Source: the human T2T-CHM13v2.0 reference genome, Homo sapiens
DNA length: 64,000 bases
Assembly: GCF_009914755.1 (NCBI RefSeq)
Contig: NC_060931.1
Reading direction: 5' to 3' (one strand)
Every line of letters begins with the position of its first letter. Position 1 is the stretch's first letter. The notes under the pieces were generated by a model, which searched no databases, was not told where the DNA came from, and saw only the letters and a program-made list of their open reading frames with translations. Positions 24,069 to 43,338 of the stretch are shown here, piece after piece. A program made the position numbers and the translations under genes.

Positions 24069-24656
24069 TTGCTTTCACACATGGGGTACAACCCAAGTCA
24101 AAGGCAATAAGTATACTTAAGATAAACATCAGACAGAGAAAGGATCCCCTTTTAGGGTCCTGCAGGGTCCCAAGCATGGAAATAAAGGAAAATCTTGAAT
24201 TCCATCCAGGGAAATTCCAGGCACCTAGCTTACCCTGAGAAGTAAATGAACAACTTGGTAAGTAAGCAAGAAGGTAATGGTAGCTTAAAACAATAGCCAA
24301 GGAAGTTAGAGTCTGGAGATGTTTGGTTTCCTATAGAAACTAAACATAACATTTTAGCATATGTCCCTGAGTTGTTTTTCAGAAACCCGGACCCCCACAC
24401 AATGGATCTGCTGGCACACAGATCTCAGATAAGGAGAAACTGAGGCCTGAACTCTAACCTCCGTTTTTTTGCTCTAAACTTCTTCCTGAGGAGCTTGGAG
24501 GCAGTCACACGCACGAACCAGAGCTAACATTCTTTTCTGCTGATCCCAATTTTTTAGACAAAGCTTTGCCTCCTGAATCAATCGCAAGTCAAAAAGTCCT
24601 TGAATCCATCTATGACGTGTGGGCCTCCTGCTTTGAGAGATATCCTGTCTTTTTAG

Positions 24657-24902
<246 letters not shown>

Positions 24903-25224
24903 TAGGTGGGTCTCGAACTCCTGACCTCAGGTGATCCACACGACTTGGCCTCCCAAAGTGCTGGCAGTATAGGAGTGAGCCACCGCACCTGACCTCCATG
25001 TATTGATTTATGATTTTGCCTGTAGCTTCTGCTTTCTTGGAAATTACCCCTGCCTTTAAAAACCCTTATCTGCAAGCCATCCGCAAGTTCAGGTCTTAAG
25101 CATGAGCTGCCCTGATTCTCCTTGCTTTGTACCTGCAAATAAGCAACTCCCTCTATGCCAATGCAAAACCCCAGTGTGGATATCTGGTCTTACTGTGCCG
25201 GGCAAGCAGACCCCAGTTTGGTTC

Positions 25225-25985
<761 letters not shown>

Positions 25986-25999
25986 GTTCTATAACAAGA

Positions 26000-26130
26000 A
26001 CTGCCTTGCAAGGTAGGAACTCTGGTTATATATCCATTTTACCCATGAGGAAACTGAGATGAAGAGAGGTTAAATGACTTGCCTAAGGGCACACAGAACC
26101 AGAATTTGAACCCAACTTCCTCTGCACTAT
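26000..26130 (-). mobile_element. MIR
   Basis: 'ccattttacccatgaggaaactgag..gaggttaaatgacttgcctaagg'. Confidence 0.85.
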
Positions 26131-26452
26131 TCCATGACTATTTCTGTTGGAACGGGGCTTGAAGGTATTAATGATATATTTCCCACTGTCTGCAAAACTT
26201 TCAGGGCAAGGAAGAAGGGGTGGATTTGGGAACGGAATAGGTCATCAGGAGCCATTTTAGAACCCTCCACAAAGATAGCTAATAGGATCCCTGTGGGATC
26301 AAAGACAAAGCTCAATGACCCTCAGCCCCAAAGATCCACAGACAGCCAGGGTTCTAAAGCTGCCCAGACAAGGGCAGAGAAAAGAAGCCCAGGAGAAAAA
26401 AGATGGGGCTGTCTGGAACTCAGCCCATTCCTAGCCTAAAGGTGGAAGGAAA

Positions 26453-26732
26453 GGCTGGGCGCGGTGGCTCACGCCTGTAATCCCAACACTTTGGGAGGCT
26501 GAGGCAGGTGCATCACATGAGATCGGGTGTTCAAGACCAGTCTGGGCAACAGGCAAAATCCCGTCTCTTCAAAAAATTAACTGGACATGGTCACACACAC
26601 CTGTAGTCCCAGCTACTCAAAAGGCTAAGCAGGGAGGATGTCTTGAGCCTGGGAGGGGAGGTTGCAGTGAGCTGAGAAAGTGCCACTGCACTCCAACCTG
26701 GGTGATGGAGCAAGACCCTGTCTCAAAAAAAA
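26453..26732 (+). mobile_element. Alu followed by a G-run (26733-26749)
   Basis: Alu consensus. Confidence 0.95.
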
Positions 26733-26781
26733 GGGGGGGGAGGGGGAGGACAGATAATATTGTGCATTAGGGTCATTGTAA

Positions 26782-27116
<335 letters not shown>

Positions 27117-27149
27117 CATTGTAATACATGAATTTCATGAAGGATTTTT

Positions 27150-27760
27150 CTCAAACCATATTTTTATCTGGTTACACAAGTAATACATATTTATTAGAAT
27201 TATCTTGGGAAATATACACAAGTAAAAATAATACCACCACCAGACACAACCACATTTAATAGTCTGATGTATTCATTTCTGTTTTGTTTTATCTAAATAC
27301 ATACATTTTAATACCAAAAAATGCTATTATCCTGTTCTTGCTATTCTGTAGCCTGCTTTTCCAGGTAATATTTCATTCACCTTTTCCCAAAGCATGAGTG
27401 TTTCCCCCTGAGTTCCATTTAACAACTGCAGTTCCCCCTGAGCACATTTAACAACTGCAGGTACAGTAGGTCCCCAGCTTTGCACATGTATTCGGACTTA
27501 CTTAAACAGTCTAATTTTGAGATGTCAGGGTGGCTTCTAGATTTTTTTTGCTATTATGAACAATGCTTCTTGTACAAACATATTTACCAAAGTCATGATT
27601 ATCTCCCTAGAATAAATTCCTAGATGAAACTGCTAGGCCAAACGACATGCTTGTTTTCAAGGCTTAAATGAATTCTGCCAAATGTATTGAATTGAAATGA
27701 ACACTGCACTTCAGTAAAGATGCTCTGATTTATATTCCCACTAGCAATGTATGAGGATGC
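27150..27760 (-). mobile_element. Old L1M fragments
   Basis: 'ttttttgctattatgaacaatgct','ctagaataaattcctaga','tttatattcccactagcaatgtatgagg'. Confidence 0.65.
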
Positions 27761-27909
27761 TCTCTTCAAAACCAAGGTGTGAAAAGCTGCTTGGTTATTG
27801 AATGCTAGCAGCTCTGTTAATGTAGATTAATAGTTAAAATACAACTAGATTAGAGCAAGAACAAGTCTGTTCTGTCCTCTCTAAAGGGTTTACTCACCTA
27901 CCTCCCGGG

Positions 27910-28208
27910 TTTTTTTGCTTTTGTTTTTGTTTTTGTTTTTGAGACAGGATCTCATTCTTTTGCCCAGGCTGGAGTGCAGTGGCACAGCCTCGACTTACTG
28001 CAGTGTTGACCTCCTGGGCTCAAGCAATCCTCCCACCTCAGCCTCCCAAGTAGTTGGGACCACAGGCATATGCCACCATGCCCAGCTAATTTTTGTATTT
28101 TTTGTAGAGATGGGGTTTCACCATGTTGCCTAGGCTGGGCTCAAGCGATCCGCTCTACTTAGTCTTCCGAAGTGTTGGGATTACAAGTAGGAGCCACCGC
28201 ACCAGGCC
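27910..28208 (-). mobile_element. Alu (AluJ-like)
   Basis: Alu consensus. Confidence 0.95.
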
Positions 28209-28547
28209 CCTTTCTTCTTCCTATATCTTTATTACTTCGGATAAAAAGAACAGCCCTAATTCTATCATTGGTTTACACAGGAAACAATGGTACCCACTTC
28301 CTATAGGACGCTGGGTGCTGCTGAGGTAATCCATTATCTAGATTTTATCTAACTTTGTAAATTCTTATCCTTTTAAAGGCATGTTGCTAATTAAGGGAAC
28401 ATTACTTTGAAGGTAAGAACTCTATTGACATATTAAACAACAGGACTCCTGGACAAATCACCCATCAGCTCCAAGAATCCCTCTTCCTGGATAACTACTT
28501 TAACTATCTGACACTATATAAAAATTCACATCTTAAATCACAACAGG

Positions 28548-28866
28548 GGCTGGGCATGGTGGCTCAAGCCTGTAATCCCAGCCCTTGGGGAGGCTGAGGT
28601 GGGCGGATAGCTTGAGCTCAGGAGTTGGAGACTAGCCTGGGCAACATGGCGAAACTCCATCTCTACAAAATAAAAAAATACAAAAATTAGCCTGGCGTGG
28701 TGGCATGCATCTGTAGTCCCAGCTATTCAGGAGGCTGAGGCAGGGGGATGGCTTGAACCTGGGAGGCAGAGGTGGTAGTGAGCTGAGATTGCACCACTGC
28801 ACTCCAGCCTGGGCGACAGAGTGAGACCCTATCTCAAATAAATAAATAAAATAAAATAAAATAAAA
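28548..28866 (+). mobile_element. Alu (AluJ-like)
   Basis: Alu consensus, (TAAAA)n tail. Confidence 0.95.
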
Positions 28867-30167
28867 TCCCAGCAGGTATGACCTCTTTGGGTTCCTTTAC
28901 TGATAAGAAAGACTCTTTGATTCCAAAAGCCTAAAAAGTCCAGGATCATAGTAAGGAAGGATTGGAAGCTACTGATCAAATACTTGGTGGAGTTCCAGGA
29001 TCAATCTATTTCCAGTGTGTTGCAGAAAAGTTAATTTATGGCAGAAAACCATGATTAATTTCAGAATAAACAATATTCAGACTCAAAGTGAGTTATGAGT
29101 TACTGGAGAGAGGAGGCACATTTAGTAGAACATGACTTATTCAGACATGTAATTCTTTCCTTAGCTCAGTAAAGCTAAGTATGGCAAAAATGCCAGAAAC
29201 AGCTTTGCAATGGGAATATGCAATTTAAAATAAGTAAAGATTACTCCCAGGTAGTTTATTGCTTTAACTACATTGAGGCATGTCCCTGTAGCAGACAGCA
29301 TAATGGCTCTCATTTCATTTTTGGTTTGTGCCAAATATCTTCAGTTAGTTTTGCTTTATTGGCTTCATGCAATTTATTGCAGCTCTAGAATGCGATTGTA
29401 ATGCAACTAGTATTTTAGTTTTATCTTCCACTGGTAATTTTTCTTCTTTATGGTAACTATACTGTCTGCATTAATACAAGCCATAGAAATTATACAGTGT
29501 GGAACCTTGTTTTCAGCAGCTTCCTCTCTCATGAAGAGCAGAACCACAAGAGCCAACTCCCATAACCCAGTGATAGCCAAGGATGTGCCAGGGGATGACA
29601 TAATGAACAGCATTTGCAATTCAGTAAAGTGTTTTATTTGATGAAGAGTTGCTAGAAAGCCTAATTTTCTCATTGATTCAAAAAGAGGCAAGATGTTCTT
29701 CAAGATCTTCTAAGTATTCCTCAAATCAATCCCTGGAATACAAACCCAGTAGCCAAGGTGGCAGCATTTGGGGAAGATGAGGACTCTTCTGTTATTCTTT
29801 GAAAATACATTTATTTAGCCTGGTTTGCATTTATTGATTTGACCAACCTTAGAACAGCACTGTAATCTGCTAAGGAATTATTTAACCATTTCCAATTTCC
29901 TGAAAGTTGCGTAAGTGATGTGCTAAATGTAATTTTACCTATAGCTAGCCCAGATCAATAATACACATCATTTCCTTAGGGGGTGGTTTTCTGTGAAAAG
30001 ATGGAAGAGGACTCAATCTTCCAGTCCTCAGAACTTCTTATTCTAGGCACCTTTGCAGAGCTGGTACAATAAAGAAACCAAATTAAGGCAGATAAATCAT
30101 TTGGGCCCTCCTGAAAACATATTTCTCAACTTTTGTCCTTGTATCCTGCCAAAATTTTGCTGAGTAA

Positions 30168-30434
<267 letters not shown>

Positions 30435-30483
30435 TGATGTAAAAATACATAGCAGAGCTATGATAGAATAGCTCTGAAGGAGG

Positions 30484-30557
30484 ATAGGATACTTATGTTT
30501 TGAGTGCAGAAGGAAATATAGGATACTTACGGGATACTTAGGTTTTGAGTGCAGAAG
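30484..30557 (+). repeat. Short imperfect tandem duplication
   Basis: ggatactta x3 and gttttgagtgcagaag x2. Confidence 0.9.
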
Positions 30558-30747
30558 TGAAAATTCAAAACATGAGCTTTGCACACAGTAATCTCAGCAC
30601 AGTCCGTTGGGGGTCCAGAGACAGCCATGAAACATCCCAGAAGAGTGAGCACTCACGGACAGGAGGTAGACAGTTTGACTAAACCGTGACTGTTCTTGCC
30701 CTAACCAAACATCCGGTCCTAACTTACAACCTATCTGCCATCCTGTC

Positions 30748-31050
<303 letters not shown>

Positions 31051-31106
31051 CATCCTGTCTTGCTGTGAGTAAACACCCATGTCTTCCAAATAAGTTCCAA
31101 ATTTTA

Positions 31107-31270
<164 letters not shown>

Positions 31271-31914
31271 AGATATATTCTTGGGTCCAAAGGATTCAAA
31301 AAATATAACAACAAGGAAAACAATTCCTGATCATACATTAGAGGCAGACTAAACATATTCCTGATTGTCATCTAACACACCTGAGCCACCAGGAGAATGG
31401 TGACTTGGTCTTTTAGTTTGAATGTCAAGGAAGAAAAAATACAAACTTGGCAAAATTAGGGAATTGGCATCAACATTGGAACCTAGAGGAAGCAACATAG
31501 AAATTTGTCAAGTTCAAAGCCTCTCATAAATAACGTCATTTGCCAAAAAATTTACTTTTAATGGAATTTGGACTTAGCTTCAGTAGATTTGGAAGTCACA
31601 TTTGGCTGCCCATAACGTGACTTCTGTAAGAAACTGTAAAATAACAAATAACTACTGACAACAGAGAGAGTTAGTCTTTTGAAGCTCACAGTCTGAAGAT
31701 GACCTCTCCATGTTTCATTCATTTTCATTTCATTCATTCCCAGAATTCTCTATAGCTGAGTATAGGAAACTCCTCTACTACAGTACACCTCATTATCTCT
31801 AAGGCAAAGTGTAGATGTCTACCCCAACTCTTACTGAAACTTCTACACAAAATGACTCTTCAGATTACAGAGCCTTCAGAGTGAACATAAAGAGTTCACT
31901 CCCTCTTCAAATAG

Positions 31915-32310
<396 letters not shown>

Positions 32311-32633
32311 TAGAGCTGGTCCTCTCAACCAACATATTGTATCAGGAACAAAAACGTTCTAGGTACAACTTATCCTCGAGTACAACTCTACACTCCGCTT
32401 GCTGCATATGATACATCTTCTTGAGGAGTTAGTTATGAACAATGTAAGACTTCCTAACACATTATTTGTTAGTCTGTCTTCAGCTCTTGATTCTGTGGAC
32501 AGGGGCTATCTTTGCACTAAATTTGATGATCTTGGCAAAAATCCCAGGTGATTAACACTCCCTAAACCTGTATCATAATACCACTGCCAGAATCAGAATG
32601 ACTAGGAATGATCTTAGGCCAGACAAAATTCCA

Positions 32634-32946
<313 letters not shown>

Positions 32947-33489
32947 GAAATTCCATTTTTAAACAGAATAAAACAGGACTGTCTGAGTTCTACTTCATTT
33001 TAAACTTGTACCTATGATGCAACTTTATTCCTATCAGCGATGCACGGGATGCCTGCCCTCCCACCGCCATTAATAAGAAGATGGATGACTACATCAGTGG
33101 GGAAGCTTTACAACACGAAGAGGCTTAAGATCCAGGTCAAACTGTCGACTAATCGCCATCAAAAAGAGCAATTCAAATTCAACTATGCCAAAAAGAAATG
33201 ATTGATTTGGGCAGGAGTCTGTCAATGTTCAAATGGACAACACTACAAACCTCCATCCATCAAGTTAAATGCAGGCTGTAATCTGAGGCTACAAGTTTTA
33301 GCTAATTCATCCTGGTGGCCTTATCAGCAGGCTGTGTGCTTCCAAAGAGGCTTCTAAAGGGACTCTCCGGAGGCCACTTCGTGTCATGGAAGTCTTTTGA
33401 TTCTCCTGGCCAAAATGCTCCCTTCCTGGTTCTATGATGGGAAATTATGGAGTTTCAAATGAGAACTTCTCTGAGTATTGAAATCCTAG

Positions 33490-33838
<349 letters not shown>

Positions 33839-34466
33839 AAGGGAAATGTTTTCTTATCTGTAACCTCCCCTGTGAGTTATACCCATGCAAAGGGAAAGTA
33901 ATCTCTGCTTCAGGGCAAAAGCAAAGGCTTTACAACTTTGTTCCTGAATAGAAAGTAATCTTTGTCAACTGGGATCTAACATATAAAATACATGTCTATT
34001 ACTTGACTGGATGACAACACAATGGATCCTTCCTTGAAAACTTATACCCTAAAGCTAACTCTGCACAATCAATCAGAAAAGGAGGAACTTTTTGTTTGTT
34101 TCTTTGTGGGTTGTCTGTTTATCTTAAGGAAATTGATTAACTCTTTGAGTCACCATGGGATGGTGAATCGGGTTTGAAATTCAGCTTCCAGGAGCCATCC
34201 CCAAAATCACACCGCAGAACTGAACTGATGAGGGAACCATTGGGAGTGACCCTGAGCTCTGGACACTTCAATTGGCCCCTCCACTTTAACACAAGGAACT
34301 TCACCCACCCTGCCACTACTACTGCTGCCTTCAGTACTGAGAGAGCTCCACACCCCTGCCTTGTAACTTTGGGACCAGAGCCAGTTTGACATGGTTATAA
34401 CCAATGGCACAGCCTAAGTCACATGCCTGAACGCTAGTTTCAAAGGACACTAGGAAAACAAATTTA

Positions 34467-35100
<634 letters not shown>

Positions 35101-35346
35101 GAAAAAAAGTGATAGTTTTAGGGCTTATACAGGGTAGTTTTTGCCCTAAACCAAGATTCAAAAAATGAGGCTTTTCCTAAGCAGAGAATGGGATTCAGTT
35201 GCTACATGACTGTGATGAATGACAAATATCCACCCCAAGTACCATTCAGGAACTATACTTCCAAAGTCTCATTTTTATAATAACTGGTCCTGTATTTATG
35301 AATAAGAATGTATACACAGCACAAGCTGGCCATAGGTCAACAATGT

Positions 35347-35515
35347 CAGTGGTTCCAAAACCTAACTATTCATCAGAATGATTAGAGGATCTTTGTTCAG
35401 GCTCCAGGTATAGAGATTCTGATTCAGGGGGTCTAAATCAGGGCTTCAGAATGTGCACTTTTAACAAATCCCCCAGGTAACTCAAACATGATCAGGCTCC
35501 AGTCATTTGGAAACT
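35347..35515. mobile_element. MER5A-like hAT element
   Basis: 'cagtggttc..catcagaat..gattctgattcag..tttaacaaatcccccaggt'. Confidence 0.7.
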
Positions 35516-35518
35516 AGA

Positions 35519-35676
35519 TTTTTTTTCTTTCTAAAAAATTTTTATATTTTTTAATAAATAGAAACGGGGTTTTACTGTGTTGCCCAGGATGGTCTCCAAC
35601 TCCTGGGCTCAAGCGACCCACCTGCCTTGGCCTCCCAAAGTGCTAGGATTACAGTTGTGAGCCACCTCACCCAGTC
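35519..35676 (-). mobile_element. FLAM-like Alu monomer
   Basis: Single monomer. Confidence 0.9.
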
Positions 35677-35853
35677 TGAAAACTACTTGAAACCCTGTCC
35701 CTACACTCACAGCCAACAGAAAGCAAATACTGGCCTAACATTAGTTTTGCTCCTAAAGTCCAAGAAATGGCCACATAAAGAATCCATTCTCATATTCTAT
35801 AAATTTACTATAAAAGATATCAAATTCAGGGAAAACTAATAGGTAATTAATAA

Positions 35854-36559
<706 letters not shown>

Positions 36560-36921
36560 TGCAAATAGTTTTTAATAGCATGAGAAAGTGTTTATTATAC
36601 AATATTAAGAGAAAAAATCATGACACTCAATATTATGTGTGTGGGCGGGGGGGTAGGGGAGTTGGTATATAACATGCTTCCAACCATGTAAAATAAATGT
36701 ATGCATAAATAACAAAAGCAAGATTTAATATGTGTATTCCATGCCTTCCCTTCTCCACCCACTAATGGCAAAGAGGCCAAAAAAAAAAAAAAATTAAGAG
36801 GAGGATTGAAGTAAAGAAGCTAAGTCTGTCAAGATAATAAAAGGCTGGGGAAGAAGGGGAAGTAAACAGTAAAGACTGCAGTTGCAAAGGAGAGGAAGTA
36901 TCTTTTGAAAAGAGGATCTGT

Positions 36922-37206
36922 TGCCAGGTGCGGTGGTTCATGCCCATAATCCCAGCACTCTGGGAGGCCGAGGCAGGGGGGTCACTTGAGGTCAGGAGTT
37001 TGAGAACAGCACGGCCAACGTGGTGAAACCTTGTCTCTACTAAAAATACAAAAATTAGCCAGGCGTGGCGGCAGGTGCCTGTAATCCCAGCTATTCGGGA
37101 GGCTGAGGCAGGAACCCGGGAAACGGAGGTTGCAGTGAGCTGAGATCATGCCACTGCACTCCAGCCTGGGTGACAGAAGGAGACTCTGTCTCAAAAAAAA
37201 AAAAAA
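36922..37206 (+). mobile_element. Alu (AluS-like)
   Basis: Alu consensus, small deletion. Confidence 0.95.
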
Positions 37207-37230
37207 GGTAGACATGACCTATCACACTGA

Positions 37231-37532
<302 letters not shown>

Positions 37533-37627
37533 CACACTGATCTAATCAAGAATTTTTCATGGGAATTCTGGAATATAGATTCTCTCTTCTCTACTGAACA
37601 TGGAAGAGGAAGCTTGCAGACCTGGGA

Positions 37628-37851
37628 CAGAGTTTCTCAATCTCAGCAGCACTGACATTATGGGCTGAGCAATTCTTTGATGTGCTGTCCTGTACATTAA
37701 GGGATGTTTAGCAGCACCCCTGTTCTCTACCCACCAGATGCTAGCAGCATCACATCCCTTTCCCAGAGTTGTAACAAGCAAAAGTGTTTCCCGACATTGC
37801 CAAATGTCCCCTAAGGGGAAATATAAAATCACCCCCAGTTGAGAGCCACTG
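37628..37851 (+). mobile_element. MER20 (hAT-Charlie)
   Basis: cagagtttctcaat...agttgagagccactg termini; 8-bp TSD acctggga/tcctggaa. Confidence 0.9.
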
Positions 37852-37966
37852 TCCTGGAAGTAGCTGAGTGTCAACCTAGGACGAAGAGTCGGAAGCCCTG
37901 CTGAGAACAGAGCCAGCTTGGAACAAACCGAGCTGAGACATGGAGGAGGGAGGAAGAGTGGGAGTC

Positions 37967-38608
<642 letters not shown>

Positions 38609-38615
38609 TCACCTC

Positions 38616-39347
38616 TGTTATCAAATTGAACTGGGGTTCACTCACCCAGTGCAATATGACCACAACATCCACACCAAGGTTTGCAGCAGAAGAACGGAAG
38701 GCATTTATTTGCAAGCTCCAAGCAAGGAAAATCAAGCAGCTCATGCTTAAGACCCGAACTCCCTGATGGCTTACAGGTAAGGGTTTTTAAAGGCTAGGAG
38801 GCAGAGGCTACAGGCAAAGTTATAAATCAATACACAGAGGCTACACATTGGTTTGACCTAAACAGGCAGGCAGACATCTCAAAATGGGGGCCCATAGGTC
38901 ATAGGTGGATTCAAATATTTTTCTGATTTGCGATTGGTTAAGGAAGCAAAACCTTATCTAAAAGTTTGGGATCAGTAGAAAAGAACGTTAGCTCTGGCTC
39001 ACAGGTGTGACTTCCTCTAGGCCCCTCAGGAAGAAATTTAGAACAGAGAATAATGGTCAGGGTTCAGGCCTCAGTATCTGAGGTCTACATTCCAGAGGAT
39101 CTGTCTGATGGGGGTCCGGATTTCTGAAAAGCAACTCGGAGACATACGTGAAGATGTTATCTTTATTTCTATAGGGGGTCAAACATCTCATGATTTTAAC
39201 TTCCGTGGCTATTGTTTAAAGCTACGATTACTTTTTTGCTTATCAAGTTGCTCATTGATTTCTCAGGGCTAGCTAGGTGCCTGGAAATTCCCTTGAAGGA
39301 ACTCAAGATTTTTCTTCATTTCCTGCAGGGATCTGTGCTCCGTCTCA
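38616..39347 (-). mobile_element. MER39-type solo LTR inserted in an MLT1 relic
   Basis: tgtta...gtctca termini, perfect TSD cctc; reverse-complement homology to 24129-25224. Confidence 0.8.
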
Positions 39348-39929
39348 CCTCTACATAAACTTAGAAATCCCCCTCTTAAGTTTTATAATTAAGCTAGTTT
39401 AGGTTGAATTTTCTGTTGTTTGCATCAGAAATCACCCTCTCTAATGCCCTTAAAGGTTTTCAAGAGAATCAAGTAAAGTCTTGTGGCGAAATTGAATAAA
39501 AGAATTAGAAACCCTAAAAGCATCCTCAGCTGGTTAAAGGGATGGATTATCTGTCTGGAGTTCCAGGTAGTAAAAGAGTCACCTGAAATATATCAAAATT
39601 CCAAGGTAGTACTATTTGCAGGAGTAGAGACCATGTTCACAACCACTCATAGGATGCAGGAACCATGTACTGAGAGTTCGATATACACACTAGCCTGGAA
39701 CCTACAAAATCCAAAGGGTAAACATAGAATCATCTAGTAGAGACACCTCTAAAACTCACGGCAAATGGGTCACCCAAACCATTGGATTGATCACCCAATC
39801 CATTTCCACTCAAGATGGGCTCTCAGTAAATATTCATAGGTATATTTAACAGGTTGAGATCCTATATTGATAGATACAGGATCCCAAAGTAAGTTGTAAG
39901 GCAGCTAGGCAGCTCTTTATGTAGAAATT

Positions 39930-40229
39930 TCTTCTTTTTTTTTTTTTTGAAATGGAGTTTCACTCTTGTCGCCCAGTCTGCAATGGCGCTATCTCGGCTA
40001 CCTGCAACCTCCGCCTTCCAGGTTCAAGAGATGATTCTCCTGCCTCAGCCTCCTGAGTAGCTGAGATTACAGGTGCCTGCCACCAAGCCCAACTAATTTT
40101 TGTATTTTTAGTAGAGACGGGGTTTTGCCATGTTGGCCAGGCTGGTCTCGAACTCCTGACCTCAGGCAATCCACCCACCTTGGCCTCCCAAAGTGCTGGG
40201 ATTACAGGTGTGAGCCACCGCACCTGGCC
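39930..40229 (-). mobile_element. Alu (AluS-like)
   Basis: TSD tatgtagaaatttct. Confidence 0.95.
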
Positions 40230-40248
40230 CTATGTAGAAATTTCTAAG

Positions 40249-40982
<734 letters not shown>

Positions 40983-41506
40983 AAAGGAGGTGGTCAAGAA
41001 TTGAGTTAAACGAACCTTAAACCCCTCACCCGCATCAAGGAGGGGACATGGGTATTGGTGGAAGATTTCTCTGGAGAAAGTTATTGGTGCGCCATGACCC
41101 CCTCCATGCAATAGGACAACATAGAGGAAGGTAAGGGAAGACAAGGTAAGGGCAGACAGAATGGACTCCCACCTGAGAAACCTCATGGGTGAGCAGTCTG
41201 GTGGGCTGTGGATAGAGGAGCCAAAGGAAAGCAGCGGTTTGGAGATCTGCCTGCCCTCCATAATGTGTTGGGCCAAAGAATGCATGCGGGTTTTCCATGG
41301 ACTGGATGTGGGCCACATGCAAGAGAGGATTGACATAAGGCCTACTGAAGGATGTGAACAGGACTTGGCAGAGAGGAACTGAAGGAACCACCAGATTCTA
41401 AGAACTGTGAAAAGAGCATTAGACAACCACAGGCATGTGTGTCACCCAGATGAAGGGAGCATTGGACAGAAGGGGAAGGACATCTCAGAAGAACCCACAA
41501 CACACC

Positions 41507-42077
41507 TGTATTAGTCAGAGTTCTCCAGAGAAACAGACCAATAGGATAGCTGTAGACCTAGAAGAGGAGATTTATTATGGGAATTGGCTCACATGATTAT
41601 GGAGGCTGAGAAGCACCACAATACACCATCTGCAAGCTGGAGAACTAGGAAAATTGTGGTTTAATTCAGTCCAAGTCCAAAGGTCTGAGCCTCAGGGCAG
41701 CCAGTGGAATAACTCCCAGTTTACAGCCAAAGGCCTGAGAAGCAAGGAGTAGGAAGGGAACAAAGGTGTAAGTCTCAGAATCGAAAGCATGAGAACCAGG
41801 GGTGCTAACGTCTGAGGGCAGAATATAAACGTCCCTGCTTAAAAAGAGAGAGAGAATTTGCCTTTCTTCCATCTTTTTATCCTATTCTGGCCCTTAGTGA
41901 ATTGAATGATGCCCATTCACATTGGTGAGAGCAGATCTATCTACTTTGCTCAGTCCCTCAATTCAAATGCTAACCTCTTTAGGAAACACACTCACAGACA
42001 ACCCAGAAATAATGTTTTACCAGCTATCTGGGCTTCCCTTAGCCCAGTCACATTGACACATAAAATAAATCATCACA
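41507..42077 (-). mobile_element. MLT2B-type ERVL solo LTR
   Basis: 'tgtattagtcagagttctccagagaaacaga'...'ttgacacataaaataaatcatcaca'; TSD acacc/ccacc. Confidence 0.9.
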
Positions 42078-42268
42078 CCACCTACAGAAACAAGTCAACT
42101 GTAAACTCTTGCTAGGCTCAGATAGCACAAAATCATCTGATGACAATACCTATCAGTTAGGAATGTTCTCCTCCTCTCATCTTTTCCTCAGCCCCACAGG
42201 GATCAGAAACCATTTTCACTGAGCTGGCAGAGAAAACCTGGAGAGAAAAAGAACCCAATCATGACCCC

Positions 42269-42886
42269 TGATATGATTTGGCTGTGTCCCCACCCAAATC
42301 TCATCTTGAACTGTAGTTCCTATAATCCCCACGTGTCATGGGAGGGACCCAGTGGGAGGTAATTGAATCATGGGGGTGGGTTTTCCCATGCTGTTCTCGT
42401 GATAGTGAATAAGTCTCACGAGATCTGATGGGAGTTCCCCTGCACACGCCCTCTTGCCTGCCACCATGTAAGATGTGCCTTTGCTTCTCCTTTGCCTTCC
42501 ACCATCATTGTGAGGCCTCCCCAGCCATGTGGAACTGTGAGTCCATTAAACCTCTTTTTCTTTATAAATTACCCAGTCTCAGGTATGTCTTTTTTTTTTC
42601 TTTTTTTAGATGGAGTCTCACTCTGTTGCCCAGGCTGGAGTGCAATGGTGCAATCTCAGCTTACTGCATGCAACCTCTGCCTCCCAGGTTCAAGTGATTC
42701 TCCTGCCTCAGCCCCCAAAGTAGCTGGGGTTACAGGCATGCACCACCACATCCAGCTCATTTTTGTACTTTTAGTAGAGGCAGAGTTTTGCCATGTTGGT
42801 CAGGCTGGTCCCGAATTCCTGACCTCAGGTGATCCACCTGCCTCTCGGGTATATCTTTATTAGCAGTGTGAGAATGGACTAACATA
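42269..42886 (+). mobile_element. THE1C-type solo LTR with a truncated antisense Alu (42590-42843)
   Basis: THE1 consensus; perfect TSD acccc; Alu TSD tctc(a/g)ggtat(g/a)tcttt. Confidence 0.92.
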
Positions 42887-43338
42887 ACCCCCTTCCCAGG
42901 AAACCTTCTGCAGGAAGAGGTCAAAATTCTGCCTTTGAAGGAAAATGATGTGCTGATGATGACATGGGACTGGACAAATGCAGAATGGATACTGTGCTTT
43001 TGAAGTAAAATGCTTATAGGACTTATTATTTCCTAAGTGTATAAAAAAAGTCATGGGGGCTGCTGCACAAGTCTTCATCCAAGGGTAGTGGAAGAACTAG
43101 AACAACTAAAGTTTAAAGGGGTAACAAAAATAAAATTACAAATCACTTGAGGAAACAACTCCTGATGAGAGAGACAAAAGAAGTAACAAATTGCACAAGG
43201 TACACATTCAAGAAATCTATCTAGGGGGTCATAAAAAAATCCTGAAGGTAACTGTGCTTTAATTTTTGAATACAAAGGAATAGAATTTATTAGATAAGGC
43301 TGGGCATTATGACAAAGGAAAAAAAATTGAAAAATCTT

